Below, piece by piece: positions 51,572 through 64,000 of a stretch of DNA of 64,000 bases (positions are counted from its first letter, which is position 1; each line of letters starts with the position of its first letter). This DNA is from Camelus ferus (lineage: Eukaryota). The notes beneath the pieces are model-generated. The model saw only the letters and a list, made by a program, of their open reading frames with translations. It ran no database searches and was not told the DNA's origin. The translations under genes and the position numbers were made by a program. The stretch covers positions 116,562,001 to 116,626,000 of the forward strand of contig NC_045697.1 in assembly GCF_009834535.1 (NCBI RefSeq). Reading direction: 5' to 3'.

Positions 51572-51749
51572 CTGAAATAAATGCGAATTTTGGTTCTTAA
51601 AGTTTTTTCTTTACTTTTAAAAACAGTATGAGTAACTATAAACTTTATTTACTTTAACACCAGCTCTCAGGAAACACTTTGCTTCATGGTGTCACTCTTG
51701 TATTCCTAATACCATTTAAAAATTTTTTTAACAGATTTTGAGAGTTATT

Positions 51750-54700
51750 TTCATTTTATTTATTTAAATTAATTAATTGTATTGAGATATAGTTGATCCA
51801 CAATATTATATTAGTTTCAGGTGTACAACAAAGTGATTCAAAATATTTATGGATTATACTTCATTTATAATTATTATAAAATATTGGCTATATTCCCTGT
51901 GATGCAGCTCATTTATTTAATACATAGAAATTTGTATCTCTTCTTCCCCTGCCCCTGTCTCATCCTCCCCTCTTCCCTCTCCCCACTAGTAACCTCTAGT
52001 TTGGTCTCTATATCTGTGAGTCTCTTTCTGTTTTGTTATGTTTACTAATTTGTTTTATGTTTTAGATTCCACATGTAAGTGACAACATACAGTATTTGTC
52101 TTTCTCTGTCTGACTGACTTCACTGGCATAATATATTCTAGGTCCATCCATATTGCTGCAAATGGCATTTTATCCTTTTTATCACTGAGTAGTATTTCAT
52201 TGTGTGTGTGTGTGTATGTATTTAAAACATCTTTATCCTTTGTTCTGTTGATGGGCACTCGGTTTGCTTTCATGTCTTGGCTATTGTAAATTATGACGCT
52301 ATGAACAGTGCGGTACATGTATGTTTTTGAATTAGTGTTTTCATTTTCTTCAGATATACACCTGGGAGTGGAATTTATGGGTCACACGGTAGTTCTATTT
52401 TTAATTTTTTGAGGAACTTCCATACTGTTTTCCACAGTGGCTGCACCAAACTGCATTCCCACCAGCAGTGTATGAGGGTTCGCTTTCTCCACAGCCTCAC
52501 CAACACTTTTTATTTGTGTCCTTTTTGATGACAGCTATTCTGACAGATGTGAGGTGTACCTCATTGTAATTTTGATTTGCATTTCCCTGATGATGAGTGA
52601 TGTTGAGCATCTTTTCATGTGCCTGTTGGCCATCTGTATGTCTCCTTTGGAAAAATGTCTATTCAGGTTTCTGCCCATTTTTTAATCATGTTCTTGGTTT
52701 TTGTGACATTGAGTTGTAAGTACTCTTTATATATTTTGTATATTAACCCCTTGTTGGTCATATCATTTGCAAATATTTTCTCCCATTCAGTAGGTTGTCT
52801 TTTCATTTTGTTGATGGTTTCCTTTGCTGTGCAAAGGCTTTTAAGTTTAATTAGGCCTCATTCGTGTACTTTTGCTTTTGTTTCCTTTGCCTTAAGTTGC
52901 TGATCTGTTGATTTCAAAAGCATTTTAATACTCCTGCATTTTTCACTCTCCTCCCCCAACAACAGTTGTTTTTGACATCACATTGTACATCTGTTTGTTT
53001 TGTGTATCCCTTAACCGCTAATTGTGGATATAAATAATTTTACTACTTTAGTATTTCACTCTTCCCACTAGCTTTGTATGAGGTTGATTTACTACCTTTA
53101 CTGTATATTTGCATTTACCAGGTTTTTCCTGTAGTGATTTTCACGTTTCTAGTTGGGTTGTGGCCTTTTCTTTTTTGCTTAGAGAATTTCCTTTAACATT
53201 TGTTGTAAAGCTGGCTTGATGGTGCCGAACTCTTTTGGGTTTTGCTTGTCTGTGAAACTTTTGAGCTCTCCTTCAAACGTGGATGAAAGCTTTGCCGGGT
53301 ACAATACTCTTGGTTGTAGGTCTTTCCCTTTGATCACTTTCAATGTATACTGTGCCACTCCCTTCTGGCCTGTAGACTTTCTGTTGAAAAATCAGCTGAT
53401 AGTCTCATGGGAGTTCCCTTGAATGTTACTTTTACTTTTCCCTTGGTGCTTTTAATATTCTCTCCTTATCTTTAGTTTTCTCATTTTAATTACAGTGTGA
53501 CTCTTTAGGTTGATCCTGTTTGGGACTCTCTGTGCTTCCTGGACCTAGATGTCTTGTTTCCCCCCAACCAGGTTAGGGATGTTTTCAGCTATTATGTCTT
53601 CAAATATGTTCTCCACCTCTCCTTCTGGGAACCCTGTAATGCAAATGTTAGTGCACTTGATGTTGTCCCAGAGGTTTCTTAAAATGTCCTCATTTCTTTT
53701 CATTCTTTTTTCTTTTTACTGTTCAGCTTGGGTGGTTTCCTTTACCCTGTCTTCCAGTTCACTGGTCCATTCCTCTGTATCATTTAGTCTATTGTTGATT
53801 TCTTCTAGTGTGTTTTTTCATTTCAGTTATTGTAGTCTTCAGCTCTGTTTGGTTGTTCTTTATATTTTCTAACTCATTTTTAAAAACTTCTAATTCTTGC
53901 TCTGTGCATCCATTCTCCTCCTGAGTTCTTTGATCGTCTTTACACTCAGTATCCTGAACTCTTTCTCAGGTAGATTGCCTATCTCCATTTCACTTAGTTC
54001 TTCTGGGGTTTTATCTTGTTCCTTCATTTGGAACATGTTCCTCTGTCACCTCATTTTGCCTCATTTTCTGTTTTTATTTCCATGTATCTGGTACGTTAGT
54101 TATGTTTCCCGACCCTGGAGAAGTGAGTGTTTGTAAGAGACGTCCTGTGTGTCCCAGTAGCACACTCCCCTCTGGTCACCAGAGCTGTGTGCTCTAGGGG
54201 CTCCCCCTGTGTGGGCTGTGTGGGATCCTGGGTCTAGTGCCTGCTTACTGGTGTGTGGGGCCAGGGTTGTGTCCAGGGTGGCTGTGGGTGCAGGAAGTCT
54301 GAAGGCAGACTCTGCTGGGTGAGGCTGTGTCTCCATACAGTTAGTTGCTTGGCCTGAGACGTCCTAGTCCTGGAGCCTACAGGATGGTGGGCAGGGGTAG
54401 GGCTGGGTCCTGATGCTGATAAACAGAAGGAAGACTCCACAATGGCACTTCCCAGCATCAGTGTCCACATGGTAGAACAAGCTCCTCAAAACGGCTGCCA
54501 CCAGCATCTGTGTCCTCAGGGTGAGCTTCAGTTGCCTCCTCCTCTCCTGGAGACTCTCCAAGATGAGCAGGTGGGTCTGACCCAGGCTCCTTTCAGATTA
54601 CTGCTTCTGCCCTGGGTCTCGGTGCATGTGAGATTTTGTGTGCGCCCCTTAAGTGTGGAGTCTCTATTTCGCACAGCCCTCTGGAACTGCTGAAAGTAAG

Positions 54701-55049
54701 CCCTGATGGCCTTCAAAGCCAAATGTTCTTGGAGCTTGTCTTCCTGGTACAGGACATGGAGCCCAATGTGGGGCTCAGACCCTCACTCTTTTGGGAGAAT
54801 CTGCAGTTATAATTATTCTCCTGTTTGTGGGTCGCCCACTTGGGGGTGTAGGTCTTGACTGTATCGTGACTCTGCCCCTCCTACCTGTCTTCTTGTGGTT
54901 ACTTCTTTCTGTCTTTAGTTGTAGAAGATATTTTCTGGTAGGTTCTGGTCTTTTTCATTGCTGGTTGTTTTGCAGATGGTTGTGATTTAGGTGTGCTTGT
55001 GGAAGGAGGTGAGCTCAGGGTGTCTGTACTCTGCCATCTTGAGAACTCC
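51750..55049 (-). mobile_element. L1 with both ends present but EN/RT internally deleted (~3.3 kb), sense to RXFP1
   Basis: 5' start caagatggcag at ~55041, ORF1 ATG at 54054, inter-ORF region to ~52893, then a jump to the ORF2 C-terminus, 3'UTR and A-rich tail. Confidence 0.85.
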
Positions 55050-56002
55050 TTCATAGTTCCATTTGGACTAAGTCTAACTGTTGATCTTGTATTATTAGAG
55101 ATATTCATCTTTTCTTAAATTTAACTTAGAACATGGTTTAATTCTGACAACAAAGACATAATAAAACTGGGAAAAAAATTTTCAGTTGTGTTCTCCCTTT
55201 CTGTTTTTATTTAACAAACAGAAAGCATCTCAGTTTTTGCATGACAATAAAAATAGTGTTTTCTTGTTTAAAACACATCCAAGAACTTAAATAATTTTAT
55301 ATTCCTCAATATTTCAATTCTCACATTCCACTACCTTTGCTTCCTTTAAAAATTAGTTACAAAGGAACCTGTCAATTGGTACATACAATTGAACCATTTT
55401 TAATCAGTAAGTGATTCCATTGCGATTTCTAGTAAATCGTATAGAAAGATTTCCCCTAGGGTCACAATTTGATAGGCAGCTTGACACAGACCAGGTTCAC
55501 ATAATTGTTGTTGCATTGGAAAGGACCTAACCTTTAATTTTTTAAGCAACGATACATGGTAGGAAAGAAATAAAACAAGCAAAAAACCCAAACTATCAAA
55601 GTTGGGGGGGGCGTCCCTTGTATGAATCATACACAATCTTTCCATGTCAGTTTCTTTAACAGTGAAAGGATGGATTTGGACTAGATGACCTCTAATAATG
55701 TCATGCCATTGTTATTACCATCATTATATGTTATGGTGGAGCAGATGCTCATTGAGAAAAGAGCAACAGACTTCACTGTAGTGAGTCTGACTTGCTGTGG
55801 AATAAACACATGGAAACACTTCATCAGGTGAAGACAGTTTCATACAAGACTCTAATGATGTTATTAGCTTTCATGTTGGTTTTGGACCAGTGCTGCTTGA
55901 ACTTGGCAATGAATCCTTCTTATAGAAAAAGAATTTCTCAGACTCCCTATGACACATTTTTGGAAACTAATAGGAGAAATAAACTGTTCTGGAGTCTAGA
56001 AA

Positions 56003-56226
56003 ACTGTGTATTCTCAATGCGAGTGTTAGTATTCCAAGGGGGTGAAAATTGGTTCTTAGGGAGTGAAAAAAAATCTTACTTTTTTAATGGATAAAGAACA
56101 GACATATGTAAATAGAAACATAGTATACACATAGTATTAATATATCACAGAGGGGGACAAATAAATGTCTGAAAAGGCTTGGGAAGGGGGGCAATATTGG
56201 TAAGAAAAAAGGTTAAGAAGCATTAT
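56003..56226. mobile_element. hAT-Charlie (MER5/MER20-like) MITE relic
   Basis: Degenerate TIRs (gtattctcaa / ttaagaagcat) flanked on both sides by NTCTAGAN-type target sequence. Confidence 0.5.
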
Positions 56227-58952
56227 TCTAGACTATGCATTCCAGTCGCTTAGTGATTTTTTAATAAATGAAGGTCAAAGTTTGATTAACTAGTAACCCT
56301 CTCTTGAAATGCCTGTTACCAGATGTTCTTTCATTCCTAATATTAGCGAACTGAAAATCCCTTTTTTCTGCTGATGAGTCTCAGTTGGCTTAGACCTTCA
56401 ATTCTCCTTTATATCCAGTTTATATGTTTGTGTTGTATAAAGACAAACTGAAATATTTGAGTTTGATTTAAGGATACTGATGTGCTCTCAAAAAAGTCCC
56501 ATACATTCATTCATTCATTCATTTTCTCAACAAATGTGTTGAATGCCTTCCATTTGCATACTGGGAAAAAAGGTAATATCCTTGCCCTTAAGAAGCTTAT
56601 ACTCTGTTTGGATGTCAGATAATATACTTTGTTTTGATTGTCAGAGCTATCTCTAGTTTTTATAAAGAAAGCTCTTATTATTGGATTATGTGCTTTTAGT
56701 GATTAAATTCTAGGATCTACACGTTAGCTGTCACACAAAGCTAACATTTAGCAAGCTAGGCAATGTATACATAATACTTTTACCCGTTTGTCTCTTTTGT
56801 TCACTAGCATTTATATGAAATGTCTCAAAAAATTATAGTTTTGAAAAATATTACTTGGATTATTGTCCTCTTTGATACTTCAGTACTTACTTACATATGA
56901 GTCAACTCGCTCATTTCTGGCATTTCCCTATGATAGTTCCCGCTCAAAAATATGGTACAAGCCGAGTAAAAAAAATGATATTTACTCTTAATATATTTTC
57001 TGTAAAGCCTAGAGTTCCATTTTTCTATGGAATTGAACAGAGACACTGATGGGAGTCAGTGTTCTGCAGATAAAGGTGGAAATGGATAACCTGGATTGAG
57101 CCCTTCAACCCAAAGCACAAGAAAATGCTATTTTTCAACAAAAAATAAAGTGTAATAGACATAAACTCCTGAGCTTGAGTCCCGCTTCTCCAAATGCCTG
57201 TTGGAAATTTCCCGAGTGACCGTTAATCACCAAATGAAAAAACATCTAAATTGGAGTTCAAGTGCTCCCCACTGTCTGTCACCACGTCTCCCCATCACTT
57301 TTACTCAAGATGGAAACCTTGGAGTCATCTTCAGCCTTGCCTTCTCCCTGGCCTTTTGTAGCCAATCCTTCATGAAGATCTGAACCAGTTTTTTTCTTTA
57401 TACCAAGGGCTGTAAACTCGTGGCCCACAGGCCTGTACACACCTCTCTGTGAATGTCTGTCTGCATGAATTTATGTGTCTGTACGTGTTGAACCAGGTCA
57501 GTTTTTAAAACTGGAATCAGAATGCCTTTAGGTAGGGCTTACACTCCCACCCTAGTCATCATCATCTCCACTTCCATTCCTCCAGTCCCCTCCCTCTCTT
57601 CCTTTCTTCCACAAAGGCGAATTAAATTGTTGAAGAATGGGTTCAAATCTTACTTGTGGGAAAATGAGAAATGCTACTATCAATGTATTCATGGATTTGG
57701 ATTTTCTAGTAATCTGACACAAGCAATATGGGTGGTAATGTTTTCTTCTTTGAAAACCAAATGAAATCATCACACATTTTTATACCCAGCCATTCTAGTC
57801 AGCGTTTAGATCATGGAAACTCAGTGGTACCTCAGATTTTTTGGGGGGAGGGGATTTTTTTTTCTAGTAGGACTAATTACTAAAAAAAGCTGTGGTAAAT
57901 TGAGGGTAGGATAGAATGCTGTCTTAGTACAGGTGGGAGTCTCACCTCTGGAAAACAAGTCGTCGTGGCTTAACCTGCCTGCTCTCCTCATCTCGTTACC
58001 AAGTTGGATAAGTCCCCCAGACTCTGCTAATTTGATGGTACCTATGTACAGGAACCAAGCTGAGGCTCTTCCCCACCCCTTGTATGTGTTAAGCACGTGA
58101 GTTGCAGTGTTATGTGGTTTGGGTTGAAAAAAGGCAAGTCTCGCCAACATTTGTAGCCTTAAAGATCCCTCCTAGTCTGTCCTCATATATACAAAAGTCA
58201 GAGCCATAAGGCACTAAAACCTATGGAAGAAAACCAAAAACTCAGCAAAACTTGGACTAAAATGTTTGTCCTCTGCTAATGTCTTTTGAAAGTTTCAGCC
58301 AAATGTCTGTTTGTGTTGCTGAAGTTTGTTAAATTCAAATTAATATTGGATCCATAAACTGCTTATTATGAGGATAATTTTCTCTTACATTCATACGTTT
58401 GAGTTACTTCAGGGAAAAACCAACATCAAATCTCTGAGTCAAAATATGGTTCAGAAGAGGCAGATTTTAAATGTGAAGTTCTGGAATATTTTATCCAACT
58501 TGTTTTACTTGCTTCATATTTTTATTTATACATGAGTGTATTACAGTTTATTTCCAATAAAGTCAAAAACTTTTCACTTTTGACACTTTTCCAATAAGTG
58601 TCAATTCTTGTAACAAGAAAGCTCTATATGATAATTTAATTGGTAGCCTTTTTTCTTTAGTAGCACATACATTCGATTGCATCTTTTGTTTAGATGAAAT
58701 ATGGTGGTACTAAATACTCTGTAAGATTGTTATGAGGAACTAAATAAGTGAATATATATAGAATAATTTAGAGTAGGATCTATCTTTTAATAAATGCAAA
58801 TAAGTGTCAGCAATTATTATAATTGACCAAGGAACAATGATATCATCTTTGAATGACAGTGCATTAGTAATAATGACAATTAAGCCTTAGTTACAACACA
58901 TTTTACAGGTGCTGTTCTGGCAGTCAGGGTGAAGCCATTCTTTTCTACTTAC

Positions 58953-59058
58953 ATCAAAGTCACATTTGAAGAAACTGACGGAACAGCTCGTAAATTGGTC
59001 TCATCACAGTTAAGCTCTAAACCTCGGCAAAGACATTGCCCGGGCACAGAACCGACCA
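58953..59058 (-). CDS. RXFP1: RXFP1 exon 4 (LRR N-cap)
   Basis: VGSVPGQCLCRGLELNCDETNLRAVPSVSSNVTLM; 106 nt. Confidence 0.96.
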
Positions 59059-59187
59059 CTGAATAAAGAGGACGTAGTGAGGAATGGGGATACCGAGGGA
59101 CCAGGAACAGGAAGGTAATGAAAAGAAAGAAACGAAAAGCTATGAGAAAATTATATACAAAAGTGGGTCACGTCTTAATGTAAGCCA

Positions 59188-59355
59188 TTTGCGCAAAGCT
59201 TTAAATTAAGGTTCCAAGGTTTTGCTTTTAATTTAACATTAAAATGATGCTAGAACTCTAAGATAAGGAAACATACACAGTTACCAGTTCATGCATTTTT
59301 TTTTAAATAGCTAACTGCTCTTCTCCAGTTGGTGCAAAATAATGAATGACGTCAT
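59188..59355. promoter_or_regulatory. Putative intronic enhancer: C/EBP palindrome plus full CRE
   Basis: TTTGCGCAAA 59188-59197 and ATGACGTCAT 59346-59355; motif evidence only. Confidence 0.45.
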
Positions 59356-62300
59356 CCTCTCTGACTTGTCCTCGGAGAGTAGCTGTGCCCAAGGGCGACA
59401 TGACAGTGTGTGATGGGCTTTGTTGTTCATATTAAAGCTGCTACTTAAGAATAAAGTATCTACGAATAGCTTTAATGGAGGACTAAGCCATTTTTAATTA
59501 GCAAGAAAGAGAACTAAACTCTGAACTCAGTGCTGGTAGAATTTTTTTTTTTTTGGAAAACTCAGGAGTTCTTTAAAAGATTTTTAGTGATCTGCTTTGA
59601 CTTATGCAGGGATGTAGAGATGTCCACAGCTTCACTTATGGAAGTGAATACTTTTTATGCTGAGCCCTTCTGTTCTCGCTGGGTGTTGGAAAAAGAGGGA
59701 CATTAGGACGCATGCTTTGGCAGTCTCATGGGGCTTTCATGATAGTCTTAAAAGATGTGATCTGATATTTCTAAAGTCTGTTAGAGACTTGCAGCGGTGT
59801 GTTCATATAGCTAAACAATGAGGTGGGATTATTATTCAGTGTGATGGACTGTCTGATTCCTGACTTGATGGGACTGGACCAGTACTGAGAGCGATGAGGC
59901 GTACCTCCCTTCTGCTTTTATCTGCAAGCCCTGCACTTCAAGCAGGGGTTACAGACTCAGATATCTACAGGGGCAGGCAAAGCAGGCATCAGCTGTGTCC
60001 AGATGACCCGTGGAACAGCTTCTCCTGACCATTGCCATGTGTGGCCAAGTCAACCAACATCCTCAAAGAAGCCAGAAAGACAATGCTTTGTATATAATTA
60101 CCTACTTAAAAATAAGAATAGCTAACTAAAGCATTGTCACTGCCAAGAAGAGATTCCGGTGACAAAGCTGGTGGGTGGTGGTAGTGAGCACCTTGGCACC
60201 AGCCTTGGACACAGTGACGTGTCCCTTTGCTCAGATCTGAGGCCACAGATGTTTTTCCTCTCCTCCGAAATAACTCTGCAGACTCCTTACGGGACCACGA
60301 GAGCGCAAGATCACAGCTGGGGTTTTCTGCGTTTTGTAAACAGAGGCTCTGCCAAGAACTTTTAAACAGTTTTATGGTTGTAAGTGACCATTTTGGCAAG
60401 GATTCTGTCTCTCTTGGTGAAGTCATGTGCTGATGTGACTGTTGTGGGGAAGAGAAGGGAAGCGTTGGCAAGGAAGATGAAGGTCCTGCGAGGGACAGTA
60501 AGAGGGTGAAAACAGAGGGCAGTGAAGTCAACATTAATTCCGGTGTGTTTTTTCTACTTCTATAGACTGAGTTGAGATAACCCATACATGTGGATTACGG
60601 GGGTTACTTGTGACGGGGAAAAATGAACAAGATAACACCTACATACCCAACAACAAAACAAGGATGAAGCAAATTATGTCCCTTAAAATATGTATAGTAT
60701 TTTGAAAGGTTTGTAATAATATGGGTACCTGATTATGCCAAAATGCTAACTGAAAATATGATAAAAATGGATGGCACAGAAAATTGCAACTATGTTGAAA
60801 TTTCAAAAAAGATGATGAATGCACCAGTAAGTTAATGCTGGTAGCTTTTGAGAGGTGAAATTATGGCTGAGTAAAGAATTCTTGACAAGTCTCTGTGCTT
60901 TCCAAACTCCTCACATTTAAAGTGTATTAATGTATTCGTTAATGATGGATATGTTTTCCATGATAACTGTTCTTGGGAAGTGACTTTATAAATGTGAATT
61001 CCATTCATTCTTTCATTCAATCAAAAATTATTGGAAGCACTTCTCACATTAATTTCCAATAAGTCCTTATGATAATCTGATTTAAATAAAGTGATACAAT
61101 AGGAACCTTAATTTAAGTTTCACCCTCCCAATTTCACACTAGTCTTCCCATTCCATTTTTACACTGCTTTTAAGCTTGAAAAAAGACATTTAATTATTCA
61201 TTACCACCCCCCCAATCTGTCTTGAAAGAACTGTAATTAAAATTAGATATTTGTTCATTACAAAAAATTGTTTAAAAACTTGCGTTTGTAATTTTTGAAC
61301 CATCATTTTTGGTGCAACTGTATTCTGATGCACGTATACTTAGGACACACTTCTCCCAGAGTTCAGGATTGGGCAAAAATTTATTTCTCTTGCTCACTTG
61401 ATCCATTTCCCCCCCTTTTGTTTGTTTTTGCTTTGCAAACCGGACTATGAAAGCTATGTAACCCATTATTTTCCCTCTTTGACCTCATTCCTCATTGCTT
61501 TTCCCATTCACCATGGAATTTTTGTCTTTTACATCACATTAGTTGTTTAAGCCTGTTAGTAGCCATATTTTTATCGTAAACTGCCTAACAGCCTTTTGGG
61601 AATAGGTGAAATATAAAAAGATTTTATTGAATTTTAAGAAATGAAAAGAATTTATAAAAAAAAAAGAGAGAAAATGAAAACTACATTTTGAGATAAAATG
61701 GTTTAGTCCCTTAGTTTTTTGCATTATATTAGTAGTTAAATTATACCTGTTAACTTTTTCCTTTCTCAAAAACTTTTAGCTTTTTAATGATCAAGTAATT
61801 TGTTCTTCAGATTTTGACAATAAGACAGTGTGAGGTTGAGACAAATCACTGAGTAATCTGAGAGACTCTCAAGAGGGACGTATAACCCCTTAAGTTGGGA
61901 AGTGCTCCACTTTTTATTAGTCTCATTTGAGTAGAGAGGACAAAAGCTAATAAAAATGTTTTTAAAAAGCTACACTTTACAATTTGTGGTGGAACATAAA
62001 GGGAAAAATATAGTAAAGGATTCTTTCCCCCAACCCCCGCTTTCAACCAAGGTTTGAAAAGCTAGTGTTAAAATTACAACTTCAAGACACGCACTTACAT
62101 TTGAATATTTTATTAAAATGGACAAAATTTATTTAAGAGGAGTAATTTATATAAATCTTCCTGATCTAAAATATTATACTCTCCCACTTCCCCCCAGGGT
62201 TTTTGTAAATTTTTGGTATATGTCTAAACATAGTAGGTTACAATTAAGAAGGCTTTTTGGTAGCTCTGAAGTACGGTTTAGACCCCAGAAGCTTTTTCGC

Positions 62301-62665
62301 TTACAAACATTAAAATCCAAGCAGCTTCTCTGATCTTCTATTTTCAGTTTTCTTTATATCAGAGTTTCTTTTAAATCAGTGTTTTTAGTGATTGTGAAAA
62401 AGGCCCTGCCAAATAACAATGCTGACTGCTGACATTAATTGTTTTCACGACAATATCTGGCATGATTTATTACTTTTATAATTATGATTCCCGAATGATT
62501 TTTAAATAAAATTCTCAAATTGAGGCTGCATTTCTAATAGAAAATTATAATTTTGCAAATAGAAAACTATAATTAATTTTTTTTAATGTTGGATCTAACT
62601 TTGAAGAACATGGTGTCTTACAATGAACTCAGAGGCAAGGACTCTCAGCCCCTCCAGTTACTTAC

Positions 62666-62770
62666 GGCATTCAGATGTTCTTGCCTCAAATGGGTACGGA
62701 GATGTCGTAATAATTTTGTAGTAATTGGCAAAATATTTGTCAAGTTGCGCAGACCATCCATTGTTGTCTC
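62666..62770 (-). CDS. RXFP1: RXFP1 exon 3 (LDLa-LRR linker)
   Basis: GDNNGWSAQLDKYFANYYKIITTSPYPFEARTSEC; 105 nt, phase 1-1; TAG acceptor, GTAAG donor. Confidence 0.95.
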
Positions 62771-63238
62771 CTAAAATAAAATCAGAGAGCAGAAAAGTTG
62801 AAGAAAACAGAAATATTCTGGGGTGTTGGGGAAAACAGGTCCGCCTTAAAATAAACAGGTGGTCGGCAGACTTAGAGAGGGAGACATCGCCCGGGGGCTT
62901 GTCAACACTGTGAGTTGCTGGCCCTCACCTGGAGTTGCTGATTTCATAGATCTGAGATGGATCTCCTCGTCTCCATTTTTAACAGGCACTGTAGGGGATT
63001 CTTCAGCAAGTGTTCCAACCAGATTTCAACAAACAGCACTTTAGATGTACTGAGACCCAGCGCACTGTTCTTAGCCTATTAATTACGGTTAATTGTCTTC
63101 AGTTGTTTAACCTGATATTGGAGATGTATTAACGTGGATAGATAAATGGCCATGATTGTTAAATAGGAAAAGAAAAAAAAATAACATGACCGGCACCATC
63201 TCATTCTTCTTTTCTTTTTTTCAAAGGCATGGTGGTAT

Positions 63239-63784
63239 TGCTAGGTAGTTAGATAAGTGGGGGCACTGGGCAGACAGGTGGAGGAGAGAGAGAATGGTCC
63301 AGACGATGGCATGGTGCCCACCTCCAGCATTAAGGGGCTTTACTTCCTCTAAATGAGTGCCAGCAAGAAACTGGTTAGAACCCGACAGCTGTGACTACGC
63401 GGCAGTGACAAGGACCTAACCGGACATGACCCAGTGCTCACTGTATTATAATTAACACTGCAGTTGAGCCCCACCAGGGGTTTCTCTGTGTGCCTCGTGG
63501 GTAAGGACATGCGCAAAGCGGGACAAACATGACTGAGCACTCCAGGGGCAAGAGCTGTCAATCAATCAAAAGATCACCTCTGAGCAAGGGTGTAAGGGAA
63601 AGGGGAGCAGACAAAGACTGCCGCTTTCCTTCCCTTGGATGAGCCCGCCTCCTGTTCTTGGAGGTGCACTTTTCCTTTTCTTAAATAAATCCTTTGCTGC
63701 ACAACACACTCCGCCTCCTGTCTGTAGTCTTGTCTTTCAGGTGAGACAAGGACTGGGGTCTTTTCTTCACCTCTTGGGGTAACA
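63239..63784 (+). mobile_element. Solo ERV LTR in RXFP1 intron 2
   Basis: TGCTAGGTAGTTAGA...GGTAACA; AATAAA at 63684; near-TSD GTAT/ATAT. Confidence 0.8.
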
Positions 63785-64000
63785 ATATCACAGATCGCAC
63801 TGAGTGTTTATCCTCTGAGCCCTTACGGATTTTCTCATCTATATTTTCTGATTTTGATATTAAACTCTTGCATAATTTTTTTAAATAAAATCAAACAAAT
63901 AATAGTAAAAGTCTTCACTGAGTTGGGGGAGAAAAGAAATTTTTTCCTCACAAAATTCCTCATGACCTTTTCAGTTATTTTTAAACATGAGACCATGAAG

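Noticed and set aside
60106..60585. 159 aa minus-strand ORF in intron 3
   Set aside because: Ser/Leu/Pro-rich with no homology I can recognise; not needed for the RXFP1 frame.
15307..62770. RXFP1 as a pseudogene
   Set aside because: All 16 exons have GT-AG sites and compatible phases and give a stop-free frame (2096 nt).
62741..62770. Loss of Phe in the GDxxGWxxxF linker motif (Leu here)
   Set aside because: I recall Leu at this position in mouse too, so it is probably not novel.

Overview
Mammalian genomic DNA, most likely from a camelid: a tRNA-Ala-derived Vic-1-type SINE lies at 44738-44860 and the L1 3' ends look camelid-like. The window is the ETFDH / C4orf46 / RXFP1 locus. ETFDH exon 1 (minus, CDS 6985-7018) and the two-exon C4orf46 gene (plus, 7595-7780 + 9068-9223, 113 aa) share a bidirectional CpG-island promoter. 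RXFP1 (relaxin receptor 1) runs on the minus strand. I traced 16 coding exons (3-18, 62770 to 15307), all GT-AG, totalling 2096 nt in one uninterrupted frame; exons 1-2 lie beyond the window end. The rest is intronic or intergenic and repeat-rich: a decayed two-LTR ERV1-class provirus with a nested L1 5' end in ETFDH intron 1, several L1s (one chimeric, one internally deleted), solo LTRs, and MIR/L2/CR1/hAT relics. I found no convincing wholly new biological system. The best leads are a sharply localised GC3 spike in RXFP1 exon 16, a strong-Kozak uORF in frame with ETFDH, a perfect C/EBP + CRE palindrome pair in RXFP1 intron 3, a 2-aa insertion in the relaxin-binding linker, and a young sense-oriented L1 tail beside RXFP1 exon 8. 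Exon numbers, orthologue comparisons and repeat family names come from memory, not from a search.
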